A stretch of DNA of 64,000 bases, from assembly GCA_021832085.1 (NCBI GenBank), contig JAKBLM010000003.1:10380-74379 (forward strand). The letters are read 5' to 3'. The translations under genes were made by a program, and so were the position numbers. The notes beneath the pieces were generated by a model. The model had not been told where the DNA came from. It searched no databases and saw nothing but the letters and a program-made list of their open reading frames with translations. Positions 45,741 through 56,097 of this stretch are shown here, piece by piece; the first letter of the stretch is position 1, and each line of letters opens with the position of its first letter. The stretch is from Acidobacteriota bacterium (GTDB taxonomy: Bacteria; Acidobacteriota; Terriglobia; Acidiferrales; UBA7541).

Positions 45741-46667
45741 ATGACGGCAATCGCGTTTTTGGGACTCGGAGTGATTGGGCGGCCGATGGCCGAGCGGCTG
45801 CTCGAGTTGGGGCACAGCCTGGTGGTGTGGAACCGGACGCCGGAAAAGGCGCGCCCGCTCGTCGAACAGGGCGCGCGGCAGATGGCCAGCCCGCGCGAAG
45901 CGGCCGAATCGGCCGAAATCGTCGTCACCATGCTCACCGACGGCGCCGCCGTCCTCGAAACGGTCGAGCGCCCGGGCGGGCTGCTCGAGGGGCTAAGCCC
46001 CGCCAAGGTCCACTGCGATATGAGCACGATCGACGTTGCCAGTTCCCGCCGCCTCGCCGGGCTCTACCGTCCCCGTTCGATTGGCTTCGCCCACGCCCCG
46101 GTCCTGGGCAATCGCCACGCGGCGCGCGAGGGCAAGCTGCTTGTCTTCGCCGGTGGCCCGGCCGAGGCGCAGCGCCGCGCCGAGCCCATCTTTGTCGCGC
46201 TCGGCAAGCGCACCTGGCGCTGGGACCGCGCCGAGCAGGCCACGGCAATGAAGCTGGCGAGCAACCTGCTGCTCGGCGGCATGATGGAGATCTTCGCCGA
46301 AACGTTGATCTTCGCCGCGAGCGCCGGCATCGATCCCCGAACGGTGCTGGATGTCATTGGCGCCTCGGCGCTCGCCGCCCCCATGTATCAGTCGAAAGGG
46401 CGGATGATCCTCGAAGGCGGCACGCCGAATTTCTACGTCCGGAATATGCGCAAGGACCTGGATCTGATCCTTGCCAGCGGGCGCGAACTGCATGCCCACC
46501 TCCCGGCGACCAAGGCGGTGCAGGCGGCTTTCGCCGCGGCCGAACCGAGCCGCGGCGATCGCGACTATTCCGCCGTCGTCGAGTGGCTCGAGCAACAGTC
46601 CGGCGTTCGCATCGATCGCCGCGCGCCGTCCTCGGCAGTGGCGGGCGCCGAAACGCCTCGTTCCTGA
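45741..46667 (+). CDS. NAD(P)-dependent oxidoreductase, 3-hydroxyisobutyrate / 6-phosphogluconate dehydrogenase-like family
   Basis: ATG 45741 is preceded by AAGGGGTGG. Rossmann motif IAFLGLGVIGRPMAERL. MSTIDV and ATAMKLASNLLL are typical of the family. Confidence 0.85.
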   Translation: MTAIAFLGLGVIGRPMAERLLELGHSLVVWNRTPEKARPLVEQGARQMASPREAAESAEIVVTMLTDGAAVLETVERPGGLLEGLSPAKVHCDMSTIDVASSRRLAGLYRPRSIGFAHAPVLGNRHAAREGKLLVFAGGPAEAQRRAEPIFVALGKRTWRWDRAEQATAMKLASNLLLGGMMEIFAETLIFAASAGIDPRTVLDVIGASALAAPMYQSKGRMILEGGTPNFYVRNMRKDLDLILASGRELHAHLPATKAVQAAFAAAEPSRGDRDYSAVVEWLEQQSGVRIDRRAPSSAVAGAETPRS

Positions 46668-46825
46668 TTTCGCGCCACCGCCGGAACTGGCGTTTCCTCC
46701 CGGCGCTTTGACGCAAAGGATTCGGTTGGCCGCGCGGCCTTGGCCTGCCAGGGGCGATGCGGCGTCCGCACGCGCCATCGCGCGCACCCTCCCCTCAACG
46801 GCACGACGCGCTTGGAAAAATCTTC

Positions 46826-47770
46826 TCAGGAATGCTTGCCGCCCAGAAACCCCTCGGCCGTCAGTGACCGCAGCACGAACAGGGTGTTGGCCGGCCGCTC
46901 AACCAGACGCCGCATGAAATACGGAAACCATTCGGTACCGAACGGGACGTAGATCCGCAGCGGGTGATTATCGGCCCGCAGCTTTGTCTGCAAATCACGC
47001 CGGACGCCATACAACATCTGGAATTCGTACTGCTCCGGCCCGAGCTTCTTCTCGCGGATGCGCCGTTCGGCGTAATCAACCAGTTTCGGATCGTGCGTGC
47101 CGATGGCGGGGAAGAATGGTCCGTCGAACAGAAGGTCGAGCAGCCGCACGTAGTTGGCATCGACATCCGCCTTGCTGGGAAAGGCGATATTGGCCGGCTC
47201 GCGGTAGGCGCCCTTCACCAGGCGGATCCTCGGCTCGAGCGGCGCCAGGCGCTTCAGGTCGTCTTCGCTGCGCCGCAGGTAGCACTGGATCGCCAGCGCG
47301 ACGTTTTCGAATTTGCGCCGGACCGCCTCGAAAACCTCGATGGTGATCGAGGTGTATTCCGAGCTTTCCATGTCCATCTCGACGCCAAGCCCCAGCTCCC
47401 GCGCCTGCGCCGTGATCGAGGTCGCCAGCTCGACCGCCAGATCCCGGTTCAGGTCCAGGCCCAGATGCGTGAGCTTGATGGCGGTATTGCCGTCGATCCC
47501 GCGCGCGTGAATCTGCCGCAGCATTTCGCTGTACGATTCGGCCGCCTCGCGCGCCTGTTCCTCGGTGGTGACGTTTTCCCCGAGGTGATTCAGGATGATG
47601 CGCCGGCCGCCGGCGGCCAAACGCTGGCTGGCTGCCAGAGCCTCTTCGAGCGTTTCCCCGGCCACGAATCGCTGAGCGAATCCCGACCGCATGCCGGTTC
47701 GCGCCAGGCTCTGACTGACGGACGGTTTGGACAGAACCCAATAAACAAAATCTCGGACACCCCTTGCCAT
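46826..47770 (-). CDS. proline dehydrogenase (monofunctional)
   Basis: 314 aa. Motifs IRLVKGAY and C-terminal YVPFGTEWFPYFMRRLVERPANTLFVLR. Confidence 0.88.
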   Translation of the reverse strand: MARGVRDFVYWVLSKPSVSQSLARTGMRSGFAQRFVAGETLEEALAASQRLAAGGRRIILNHLGENVTTEEQAREAAESYSEMLRQIHARGIDGNTAIKLTHLGLDLNRDLAVELATSITAQARELGLGVEMDMESSEYTSITIEVFEAVRRKFENVALAIQCYLRRSEDDLKRLAPLEPRIRLVKGAYREPANIAFPSKADVDANYVRLLDLLFDGPFFPAIGTHDPKLVDYAERRIREKKLGPEQYEFQMLYGVRRDLQTKLRADNHPLRIYVPFGTEWFPYFMRRLVERPANTLFVLRSLTAEGFLGGKHS

Positions 47771-48056
47771 GGTTTGAATCTCCTGGCCCTACAAGCCCGT
47801 CGCTGCGCAGGGAGCGTTGCGGTGATGAGCAGCGCCCTTTATACGGCACGAAACGAAACCGGGTCAATGCACATGTTTACGGTTTCCTTTACGCCATTGC
47901 GCCATCCGCTCCGGCACCGGCCTGGCCGCAGCTTCCACCCCTTGCTATACACTCTATGGGGCAATGGTGGAGGATTCCTGAGCAGGTCTCTTGTCCCGGT
48001 GGGGTTCCAGAGGCGGGAGTAATTTTTAAGGATCACGCGAAACAAGGAAGGTAAAG

Positions 48057-49208
48057 TTGGTGCGGAGGCTTCAAGGTATTCCGGGTTTTTCGATCGACCG
48101 CGTTGCCGCCGCGGCGGGCGACGATCCCGACGTTTTGCGCCTGGAGAACCTCGATACCGATCTTCGTCCGCCGCAAGCGGCCATCGAGGCTACGCGGCGC
48201 GCCATTGAACTCGACGAGGACAACAGCTACCTGCCTTTCAATGGCCGCCTCGATCTTCGCCGGGCGGTGGCTCGCCAGATCCTGCGGCGCTCCGGCCACG
48301 ATTACGATCCGGAAACGGAAATCGTCATTACCTGCGGTGGGACTGAAGGCATTCTCGACGCGTTGCTCGCCATGCTCGATCCGGGCGACGAGGTCGTCCT
48401 GACCGATCCCACCTACGCCGGGATGATTCAGCGCGTTCGCCTGGCCGAGGGCGTGCCGCGTTTGGTTTCGCTCCTGGCGCTGCCGGGCGGCTGGCGTCTG
48501 GACGTGGACGCGCTTGAAGCGGCCACTGGACCGCATACCCGCGCATTGTTTCTCATGAGTCCGTCAATGCCCTCGGGCGCGGTGTTCCAGGCAGAGGAGT
48601 GGAACGCGATGGCGCGGCTCTGCGTTCGCCGGAATCTGTGGTTGCTTTACAACGCCGCGATGGAGGCGATCCTTTTCGACGACCTGCGGCTGTTTCATCC
48701 CGCATCGCTTCCGGGCCTGCGCGAGCGCGCAATCATCGTAGGCAGCGTCTCCAAGGAGTATCGGATGATCGGCTGGCGCGTGGGCTGGGTGGTCGCGCCC
48801 GCACCGATTCTTGCAGATATCGCTCGTGTGCACATCTACAACGTTGTCTCCCCAACGGGAATTGCCCAGCGTGGCGTGACGGCCGCTCTGGAGGCGGAGC
48901 CGGAAATCGCCGCATCGGTCAGCGAATGGCAGCGCCGGCGCGACGCCGTGCTGTCGCAACTCGATGGCTGGCCGGTGATCCCGCCGCAGGGCGGCTGGTC
49001 GCTACTAGTCGATACGGCGCCTTTGGGCGTAGATGCCGAGACTGCGTCCCGAATGCTGCTCGAAAAGGGAAAAGTAGCGGCCACGCCGATGAAACATTGG
49101 GGCGGGCCAAAGACTGACTATCTGATTCGCCTGGTGTTCAGCAACGAAACCGTTGCGCGGTTATCCACGTTGCGAGAACGTTTCGAAAGCACCTTTGGCC
49201 CGCGCTAA
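48057..49208 (+). CDS. pyridoxal-phosphate-dependent aminotransferase, class I/II
   Basis: 383 aa. Motifs ITCGGTEGILDALLAMLDPGDEVVLTDPTYAGM and PLP-Lys motif VGSVSKEYRMIGWRVGW. TTG 48057 or GTG 48060 start, with AAGGAAGG upstream. Confidence 0.88.
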   Translation: MVRRLQGIPGFSIDRVAAAAGDDPDVLRLENLDTDLRPPQAAIEATRRAIELDEDNSYLPFNGRLDLRRAVARQILRRSGHDYDPETEIVITCGGTEGILDALLAMLDPGDEVVLTDPTYAGMIQRVRLAEGVPRLVSLLALPGGWRLDVDALEAATGPHTRALFLMSPSMPSGAVFQAEEWNAMARLCVRRNLWLLYNAAMEAILFDDLRLFHPASLPGLRERAIIVGSVSKEYRMIGWRVGWVVAPAPILADIARVHIYNVVSPTGIAQRGVTAALEAEPEIAASVSEWQRRRDAVLSQLDGWPVIPPQGGWSLLVDTAPLGVDAETASRMLLEKGKVAATPMKHWGGPKTDYLIRLVFSNETVARLSTLRERFESTFGPR

Positions 49209-49423
49209 TCGCGACGGTGAACGGTTCCGTGGCCTGGGCGAGCGCCGGCAGCTCGATCCCGTCACTTCCTCCCTTCAGATCTTGGAGGACTGACCTCCGG
49301 TCCTGGCCAACGATGGAAGCGATTACCCAACCAAGACCAGAGCCGAAACCCCCAAGGGGACACTTTTAACGAGCTAAGCAAAGGGACGCTTTAGACGAGC
49401 TTTGACCGCCGCTTTGGGGCGCA

Positions 49424-49452
49424 TTGACGCGACGCCGGACAGCCCCTAGAAT
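49424..49452 (+). promoter_or_regulatory. sigma70-type promoter candidate for the Ser/Thr kinase gene
   Basis: TTGACG (49424..49429), 17 nt spacer, TAGAAT (49447..49452), ending 27 nt before ATG 49480. Confidence 0.45.
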
Positions 49453-49479
49453 CGATTTAATTTTCCGCTGCTCGCTCCC

Positions 49480-51855
49480 ATGATCGGACGCCTCATCTCG
49501 CACTATCGCGTTGTCGAGGAACTTGGCGCTGGCGGAATGGGTGTCGTCTATCGCGCGCGCGACGAGCAGCTCGACCGCGACGTCGCCATCAAGCTACTCC
49601 CACCCGGGTTGCTGGCCGACGATGCTTCCCGCAAGCGCTTCCGGAAAGAGGCCTTGACCCTCGCCAAGCTCCAGCACCCCAACATCGGCACGATCTACGA
49701 GTTCGGCACCGAATCCGGTCTGGACTTCCTGGTGATGGAATGCATTCCGGGAAGCACGCTTGCCGAGCTGCTGCGCCGTGGACCGCTCCCCGAACCCCAG
49801 GCGCTTGCGATCGCCAGCCAGATCGCCGCTGCGTTGGAGGAGGCACACGAGCGGGGAATCGTCCATTGCGATCTCAAGCCGGGCAATGTGCTCCTCTCGC
49901 CTAAAGGTCAGGTCAAGGTGCTCGATTTCGGTCTCGCCCGTCTGGCGCGGCCGGTCAGGGACGACGCCATCACCGAATCCTTGCAGGACCCGGCCGGCCT
50001 TGCCGGAACGCTGCCCTACATGGCCCCCGAGCAGTTGCTCGGAGAACCGGCCGACGCGCGGACCGACGTCCACGCCTTTGGCGCCCTGCTCTACGAAATG
50101 ATCGCCGGCTGCCGGGCCTTTCCGCAGCCGCTGGTTCCTCAGGTCACCGACGCGATCCTTCATCGCCCGCCGCTGCCCCCCAGCGCGCTTGTCCCTGGGG
50201 TCTCCGTCGAAGTGGAACGGATCATCCTGAAGTGCCTCGAAAAGTCCTTGAAAGACCGCTATCAGTCTGTCAAGGATTTATGCGTCGATCTCCACCGGCT
50301 TTCCGTGCAGAAAACCTCGAGCACGCAATTGCCCCCGCCCGCGCGCCTGCCGCGTCGCCGGTCCGTTGCCTTGCTGGCTGTCTCGGCGGTGCTGGTGTTG
50401 TTCTTGGCCGCGCTGCTGGTGCCTTCGTTCCGGCATTGGGGCGAGCGCGTGTTCGGCCTGGGCGAGCGGTCGCGCATCGCCTCGCTCGCTGTGTTGCCGA
50501 CAAGCAGCGGCAAAGCGGGCGCAACACACGAATATTTGGCTGACGGAATCGCCGGTGCGCTGACGGGCGATCTGTCGCAAGTCGAAGCCCTGCAGGTGAT
50601 CTCGCAGGACTCCATGACGCGCTTCCGCAAACCCGGCGAGCCGCCCGAAGAGATCGCGCGGCAACTCAACGTCGACGCCGTGATCGTTCCCGCAATCCAG
50701 CTCGCCGGCAACCGGCTGCGTCTCACCCTGCGACTGATCGCTCCTGGGCACCGGAGGCCGCTCTGGACGCACACCTTCACTGCTCCGCTCCAACAGATTC
50801 CTGCGATGCTGGGCCGGGTCACCGAGGCCGTCGTCGCCGCGGCTGGTGTCTCGCTCACGCCTGCCGAGCGGTTGCGCCTGCTTTCCCAGCCTCCAGTCGA
50901 TCCTTCCGCCCTCGATGCCTATTTCCGGGGCCTTTTCTTCTTCTTCGCCGCCGAGAAGACCGAGGGCGGTCTTGCACGGGCGCGAGCGGCCTTCCAGCAG
51001 GCAATTGGCGCGGACCCGAATTTCGCGCCGGCCTACGCTGCCTTGGCCGAAGCATATCTCGCCTGCGACTGCTCGGGCCGTTCCCGGCCCGCCGTTATAA
51101 CCAAGGCGAAAACGGCTGCCCTCCACGCACTCGAGCTCGATGAGGATCTGGCCTCGCCCCATGTCTCTCTTGGCTGGATTCACATGACCTACGACTACGA
51201 TTGGGAAGAGGCGCGGCGCGAGCTGAAACGAGCGGTGGTCCTGAGCCCCGGCTCCGCCGACGCTCACCGCGCCTATGCCACCTTCCTGCTCGGAACCGGA
51301 GACTTTCCTGAAAGTATCCGCGAATCGCACCGAGCACACGCTCTCGATCCCCTTTCGCTATCGCAAAATGTAGCCCTCGCCCTGACGCTCTACTTCGCGC
51401 GCCAGGAAGATCTCGCCGCCGAGCAATTCCGGCAAACACTCGACGAGAACCACGGCGCTATTCCCGCCCATGTCGGCCTCGGGATGGTTTTTGCCGAGGA
51501 GGGTCATTACGAAGAAGCCATCGCCGAGTTTCGAAAGGCCGTTTCCGGCGCCAACCCGTCGCCCGACGCCGCCACGCAACTGGCTCGCGCCTACGCGCTG
51601 ATGGGCAGGAAAGCCGAGGCGCGGGAGATGGCCCAGGCCCTTGCCAACGCCGATTCTTCAAAGCGGCCGTCCGCCTATTCTCTCGCCACCGTCTACGCCG
51701 CGCTCGGCGACCGGAATGCCGCGCTCGATTGGCTCGAAAAAGCCTACCAGGAGCGCGATCCCGATTTCCTCTATCTGAAGATCGATCCGCGCCTCGGCAG
51801 TTTGCGCACCGAGCCGCGGTTTCAGCAACTACTCGCCCGCGCCACCATCCCCTGA
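49480..51855 (+). CDS. serine/threonine protein kinase with TM segment and C-terminal TPR repeats
   Basis: Kinase motifs LGAGGMGVVYRA, VAIKLL, HCDLKPGNVLL, DFGLAR and APEQ. TM segment VALLAVSAVLVLFLAALLV. TPR-like repeats in the C-terminal third. Confidence 0.92.
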   Translation: MIGRLISHYRVVEELGAGGMGVVYRARDEQLDRDVAIKLLPPGLLADDASRKRFRKEALTLAKLQHPNIGTIYEFGTESGLDFLVMECIPGSTLAELLRRGPLPEPQALAIASQIAAALEEAHERGIVHCDLKPGNVLLSPKGQVKVLDFGLARLARPVRDDAITESLQDPAGLAGTLPYMAPEQLLGEPADARTDVHAFGALLYEMIAGCRAFPQPLVPQVTDAILHRPPLPPSALVPGVSVEVERIILKCLEKSLKDRYQSVKDLCVDLHRLSVQKTSSTQLPPPARLPRRRSVALLAVSAVLVLFLAALLVPSFRHWGERVFGLGERSRIASLAVLPTSSGKAGATHEYLADGIAGALTGDLSQVEALQVISQDSMTRFRKPGEPPEEIARQLNVDAVIVPAIQLAGNRLRLTLRLIAPGHRRPLWTHTFTAPLQQIPAMLGRVTEAVVAAAGVSLTPAERLRLLSQPPVDPSALDAYFRGLFFFFAAEKTEGGLARARAAFQQAIGADPNFAPAYAALAEAYLACDCSGRSRPAVITKAKTAALHALELDEDLASPHVSLGWIHMTYDYDWEEARRELKRAVVLSPGSADAHRAYATFLLGTGDFPESIRESHRAHALDPLSLSQNVALALTLYFARQEDLAAEQFRQTLDENHGAIPAHVGLGMVFAEEGHYEEAIAEFRKAVSGANPSPDAATQLARAYALMGRKAEAREMAQALANADSSKRPSAYSLATVYAALGDRNAALDWLEKAYQERDPDFLYLKIDPRLGSLRTEPRFQQLLARATIP

Positions 51856-51946
51856 ATCGGTTCCTTCCCGCCTCTTTTGGACTTCCGCTATTTCACCAAG
51901 GGCAGGCTTGAACTAGAATGCCGCCTAGCTTGCCGAGGAGGGCTTC

Positions 51947-52150
51947 ATGCGTGCCGACCGCGTCGAAGTTTCCTGGGATGCCGAGCAATCCAAATGGCTG
52001 ATACGGGTGGAGAGCGGCGAAGAAGTGATTCGCCGCCATTACGATGCCCCGAAGACGGCGGATGAAGAGGCTCTTTTCGCCGCCGCGCAGCAGACCCTGC
52101 AGGACGAGGGCTACGAGACCGAAGGCGCAAACATTCGCATCGTTCGCTAA
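51947..52150 (+). CDS. hypothetical small acidic protein (67 aa)
   Basis: Protein-like sequence MRADRVEVSWDAEQSKWLIRVESGEEVIRRHYDAPKTADEEALFAAAQQTLQDEGYE. No recognised motif. Confidence 0.45.
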   Translation: MRADRVEVSWDAEQSKWLIRVESGEEVIRRHYDAPKTADEEALFAAAQQTLQDEGYETEGANIRIVR

Positions 52151-52278
52151 GCGATTCCGTGCGCTTGGCGCCAGTGTGAAAAGCTCCCGCAACCCTTCCC
52201 GGAAAACGAGTCGCTGCGGTCCGCTTTAGCCGATCCCAATCCCCTGCGGGAAACCCCGCGCCCAACGCACGCCTCACC

Positions 52279-55077
52279 TTACCTTTCGTGGACGGTGACC
52301 TCGAATGCCGGCACGTTCCAGCCGCTGATGTCGAGCAGCACGCCGCTGCGCTCGCCCGTGCCGAACTGCGCGTTGGGGATGCGGGCAACAACCGTGCGTT
52401 TGCGGCCGGGCAGCAGCGTCAAATCGTTGTCGCTCCAAAAAACAGGCACCGCGTCCAAGCCGTCGCTGGCCCGCTGCAGGCGCAGGTGAATAAAAAACGC
52501 CAGATGCCGGGAAGGATTGCGCAGGTAGACAAACACCACATGCTGATCTCCCGCGGGCCGCTCCGAGGCATACGCCACCAGCCTCGTTCGCGGCAGCCTC
52601 TCCAACCCCTCGAGATCGGCATAGGCTGTGGCCGGCGTGAGGTAGTAATGGGCCTTGGCCTCGTCCCAGGCGTCGTGCTTGGTGGAGAGCCAGTAAAAAT
52701 TCCGGCTAATCACGCGCCCTCCGCCAAGCAGCTGGAGATCGAGGAAATACGTCGTGGAAAGGTTCGGTAGGTCGGGTATCGTGAAAACCTGTCGCACCGC
52801 GTCGGGCCCAAGCGAGAGAAACGTGCGCCTCCGCCACGCGATCTTGAGGTCGAGATCGTAAACCGTTGCAACGGCCTCGAGCCGTCCGGTAGCGTGCCGC
52901 AGGCGGCTGGCGGCAAGGACCGAATGATTGGCGTAGTCGTACTCGATGTGCAGAATCTCATTGGCTTTTCGCGTCCCATAAAACCCTCCGTCCGGCACCA
53001 GGTAGTAGTCCCACAGGTGCCAGATCAGCGAGGGCCACGCGTTATTGAGCATCCACTGGATCACGCCGGTCGCGCGGTACCGGTTGCCGGAATAGGCCTC
53101 GAACATCGCCCGCTCGCCTTCGTAGGCCATCACCTGCGACTTCAGCAGGTAATCGTCGAGCGATTTCGGCTTCCCGTAGCGCGTCGCCAGCGCCTCGTTG
53201 AAGACATCCAGCGTTTTGAACATCCCGCTGCCCGCGTGGAAATTCCACACCTTGTTGATCGGCCACAGGTCCCGGTTCGGCAGCGTCCGCTCCAGGCTCG
53301 CCCGCGACATCGGCGCGGGCCCGGGACTGGTCTCGGTGTTGAATCCCCACGCCCCTCCCGCCGTCTTGTTTTTCCACCAGTAGGCCGGCGCAACCCAGTT
53401 GTAGGGACCGGTCATCTTCACGCCGGAGGGCCCGGTGACCTTGGTCGGCGTGGCCGAGGCCGACGACACGATCGGATTCGGCCAGTCGAGCGAGTGCTCG
53501 ATGCCGAGATACATCCGTTCCACCTTGGGCGGCGGAGGAACGTCGCTCCCATTCAGCCAAACGAGCATGCTCGGATGGTTGCGCAGCCGGCGAATCTGGC
53601 TGCGCAGCGACTGGGCGGCAATCACGTAATCGCTGGCGTCCCATCGCTTCCATTCCTGCCAGGCGTCGCAGCAGCACCAGCCGGCCATCACCAGCACGCC
53701 CTCGCGGTCCGCGGTCCGGAAGAAATCGTTATCAATCAGCTTGCCTTCCAGCCGGATCGTGTTCAGCCCCAGATGGCGCACGTACTCGATCTGGGCCAGG
53801 GTTCGCTTCCGGCTGAAGCGCAGCAGCATGTCGGGCGCCCAGCCGCCTCCGCGAATGAGCACCGGATCGCCATTGACGGAAAATTCCAGTGCCCCGTACC
53901 GGTTAATCTTGGCCGTGATCCGGCGAATGCCGAACTGAAAAGTCTGCCGATCGGAAACGGTCTTGCCGGCGAGGAATTCAAGATCGAGGCTATAAAGATT
54001 GGGCCGGCCGAGCATCCACGGCCACCACAGCCGTGGCCGGGAAAAATTGAGCATCCTGAATTTTTCGGGAGTGAAACTCACGTTTCGCGTCTCACCACCG
54101 GCCAGCTTCACCGGCTGCTCGAAAACCAGCCGCCCGATCCTGCCGCGCAGCACGCCCGCGACGGGCTGCGCCGTCAGATTGGCGAGCGTCGCACTAACGG
54201 TGAGTTGAGCGCGCGGACGCGGCTTCATCTCCAGTTTTGTTGTCACGTAGGGATAGCGCACCGCAACCGGGCCGGTGGTCGTGATGTAGACGCTGCGCCA
54301 CAAACCCATGTCCTTGTCGGGCGGCGTGGGGTTCCAGTCCACCCAGCTCCACGCCAGGCTGTCCGGAGTTTCCGGGAAGACTTCCACCGCCAACGAGTTT
54401 TCCGCTCCCGGTCGAGCGACAGCCGTGATGTCGAGCGAGAAGGTCCGGAACGTCCCGGCAATTTCCCTCATCCCGGCGATCTTTTGGCCGTTCAACCAGA
54501 CGTCGGCCTGGTAGTTGATCCCGTTGAAATTCAGAAAGATGTGGCGTCCGCGGTCCGAGGCGGGCAGGGCAAACGCGGTGCGATACCACCAGCCGACGCG
54601 AAACGGGCTGTCCGGGGGCATGGCCAGGTGCGAAAACAGCCCGCCAATCGGATAGTCGGTGCCGGGAATCAGGCGCAGATTCATGCCGTAGAAGGGATTG
54701 GGAAACACCTTGTTCCGCACCAGCGCCGCCAGCACGGTCGTCGGCACCTGCGTCGGATACCACCCTTGCGCATTGAACGCCGCGGTGGAAATCGCCGCGC
54801 CATTTGCCTCGATCTTTGCCGACGATTGAATCTGCCAGCCATGGCTCAGCGTGAGCCTCGTCGTCGCCGTCTCGTCGGCCGTATGCGGCACAGGCACCGG
54901 CGTCGTCGGACTTTCCGGTGGCGTTTTGGCTGTCGCCGCGGGCTTTTTCTGGCTGCTCTTCTGCTCCGCCTGGGCCGCTGCCGGCTTCGCCTGCGCTTCC
55001 CGCGCCGCGCGAGCCGCCACGCCGGTCACCGCCGCGGCGAGCGCCACGAGCCAAAGCATTTTCAACAGACGTTTCAT
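52279..55077 (-). CDS. glycoside hydrolase family 2 protein, exo-beta-D-glucosaminidase / beta-mannosidase-like
   Basis: Start at MKRLLKMLWLVALAAAVTGVAARA (signal peptide, GAAGG 9 nt upstream). GH2 sugar-binding region WYPTQVPTTVLAALVRNKVFPNPFYGMNL and LNFNGINYQADVWLNGQKI. Large multi-domain C-terminal part. Confidence 0.8.
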   Translation of the reverse strand: MKRLLKMLWLVALAAAVTGVAARAAREAQAKPAAAQAEQKSSQKKPAATAKTPPESPTTPVPVPHTADETATTRLTLSHGWQIQSSAKIEANGAAISTAAFNAQGWYPTQVPTTVLAALVRNKVFPNPFYGMNLRLIPGTDYPIGGLFSHLAMPPDSPFRVGWWYRTAFALPASDRGRHIFLNFNGINYQADVWLNGQKIAGMREIAGTFRTFSLDITAVARPGAENSLAVEVFPETPDSLAWSWVDWNPTPPDKDMGLWRSVYITTTGPVAVRYPYVTTKLEMKPRPRAQLTVSATLANLTAQPVAGVLRGRIGRLVFEQPVKLAGGETRNVSFTPEKFRMLNFSRPRLWWPWMLGRPNLYSLDLEFLAGKTVSDRQTFQFGIRRITAKINRYGALEFSVNGDPVLIRGGGWAPDMLLRFSRKRTLAQIEYVRHLGLNTIRLEGKLIDNDFFRTADREGVLVMAGWCCCDAWQEWKRWDASDYVIAAQSLRSQIRRLRNHPSMLVWLNGSDVPPPPKVERMYLGIEHSLDWPNPIVSSASATPTKVTGPSGVKMTGPYNWVAPAYWWKNKTAGGAWGFNTETSPGPAPMSRASLERTLPNRDLWPINKVWNFHAGSGMFKTLDVFNEALATRYGKPKSLDDYLLKSQVMAYEGERAMFEAYSGNRYRATGVIQWMLNNAWPSLIWHLWDYYLVPDGGFYGTRKANEILHIEYDYANHSVLAASRLRHATGRLEAVATVYDLDLKIAWRRRTFLSLGPDAVRQVFTIPDLPNLSTTYFLDLQLLGGGRVISRNFYWLSTKHDAWDEAKAHYYLTPATAYADLEGLERLPRTRLVAYASERPAGDQHVVFVYLRNPSRHLAFFIHLRLQRASDGLDAVPVFWSDNDLTLLPGRKRTVVARIPNAQFGTGERSGVLLDISGWNVPAFEVTVHER

Positions 55078-55300
55078 CGTTAGTTGCCTTCGATCCGCCG
55101 GAGACGCGCCCAAGTCTGTATCGCTGCCCCGGCCGAAATTGCGTATTCTACAGCCAACGGTGCTCGGCCCGTCACCGGGGCCCGGTTTCCGGCCGATGCG
55201 AGTAGCGGCGCGCCAGCCTGCGGTATGCCATAACTCCCCGGCCGCTCTGCGGTGCTATGATGCAAAATGCGTGGTCATATTCCCCTCGGCGAGGAGAACC

Positions 55301-55870
55301 ATGGCGAAAGCGAAGCAATTCCATCTGGAAAAGGAATTTCTCGACGAAGCGCAATTCCGGCTGAAGCAGCACCTGCCGCACATCGTCGCCTGCCTCCGGA
55401 CCCTCTCCGACGAAGAGATCTGGTGGCGCCCCAATGCCGCCTCGAACAGCGTCGGGAATATGGTCGTGCACCTGGCCGGCAATGTCCGCCAATGGATCAT
55501 CTCCGGCATCGGCGGCGCCGCCGACGTCCGCCAGCGTGACAAGGAGTTCTCCGAGCAGGGCCCGCTGCCACGCCAGGGCTTGATCACGCTGCTGCGTGCC
55601 AGCGTCAACGAGGCCTGCGGCGTGCTGGCCCACATGCCCGCCGATTCCCTCGGTGCGCCGTTCAGTCGGCAAGGCTTCCGCATGAGCCGTTTGCGTGCCA
55701 TCGCCCATGTCGTGGAACACTTCGCCTATCACACCGGCCAGATCATTTACGTCGCGAAGTTGAAAGCGGGCCGCGACCTGCGCTTCACCCGCCTGCCGAA
55801 GCCCAAAGCGGGATCCCGCACAAAGCCTGCTGCCCGGCGAACCGCCCGGAAAGCCACCCGCCGCCGCTGA
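55301..55870 (+). CDS. DinB family (DUF1572-like) protein
   Basis: ATG 55301 is preceded by GAGGAG. Motifs WWRPNAASNSVGNMVVHLAGNVRQWI and HVVEHFAYHTGQIIY. Basic C-terminal tail. Confidence 0.8.
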   Translation: MAKAKQFHLEKEFLDEAQFRLKQHLPHIVACLRTLSDEEIWWRPNAASNSVGNMVVHLAGNVRQWIISGIGGAADVRQRDKEFSEQGPLPRQGLITLLRASVNEACGVLAHMPADSLGAPFSRQGFRMSRLRAIAHVVEHFAYHTGQIIYVAKLKAGRDLRFTRLPKPKAGSRTKPAARRTARKATRRR

Positions 55871-56060
55871 CGCAGCCGAGCACCTCTCGGAAAATTGCGG
55901 TCCGAACTCTGCAAGGGCCTCCGGTCGTGGTTCGCGGCGAAAAATCCAATCCGCCTCGTGTCTCCGCATGTCAGCCACGATTCTCGTCCTGCCCGCCACA
56001 TTAGCCAGCCGTGCACGGACGGTACCGCGCTGGGGCGGGGTCCAGGGTGGAATTTTTGAG

Positions 56061-56091
56061 TTGACGGTTCAAGCGGAAATCGTGGTATATT
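56061..56091 (+). promoter_or_regulatory. promoter candidate upstream of the hppA leader
   Basis: TTGACG (56061..56066), 19 nt spacer, extended -10 TGgTATATT (56083..56091). Confidence 0.4.
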
Positions 56092-56097
56092 GAATGT

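Noticed and set aside
52894-55083. 729-aa plus-strand ORF overlapping the GH2 gene
   Set aside because: Same shadow-ORF pattern: Arg/Gly/Pro-rich and no motifs. The opposite strand encodes a clear GH2 protein with a signal peptide.
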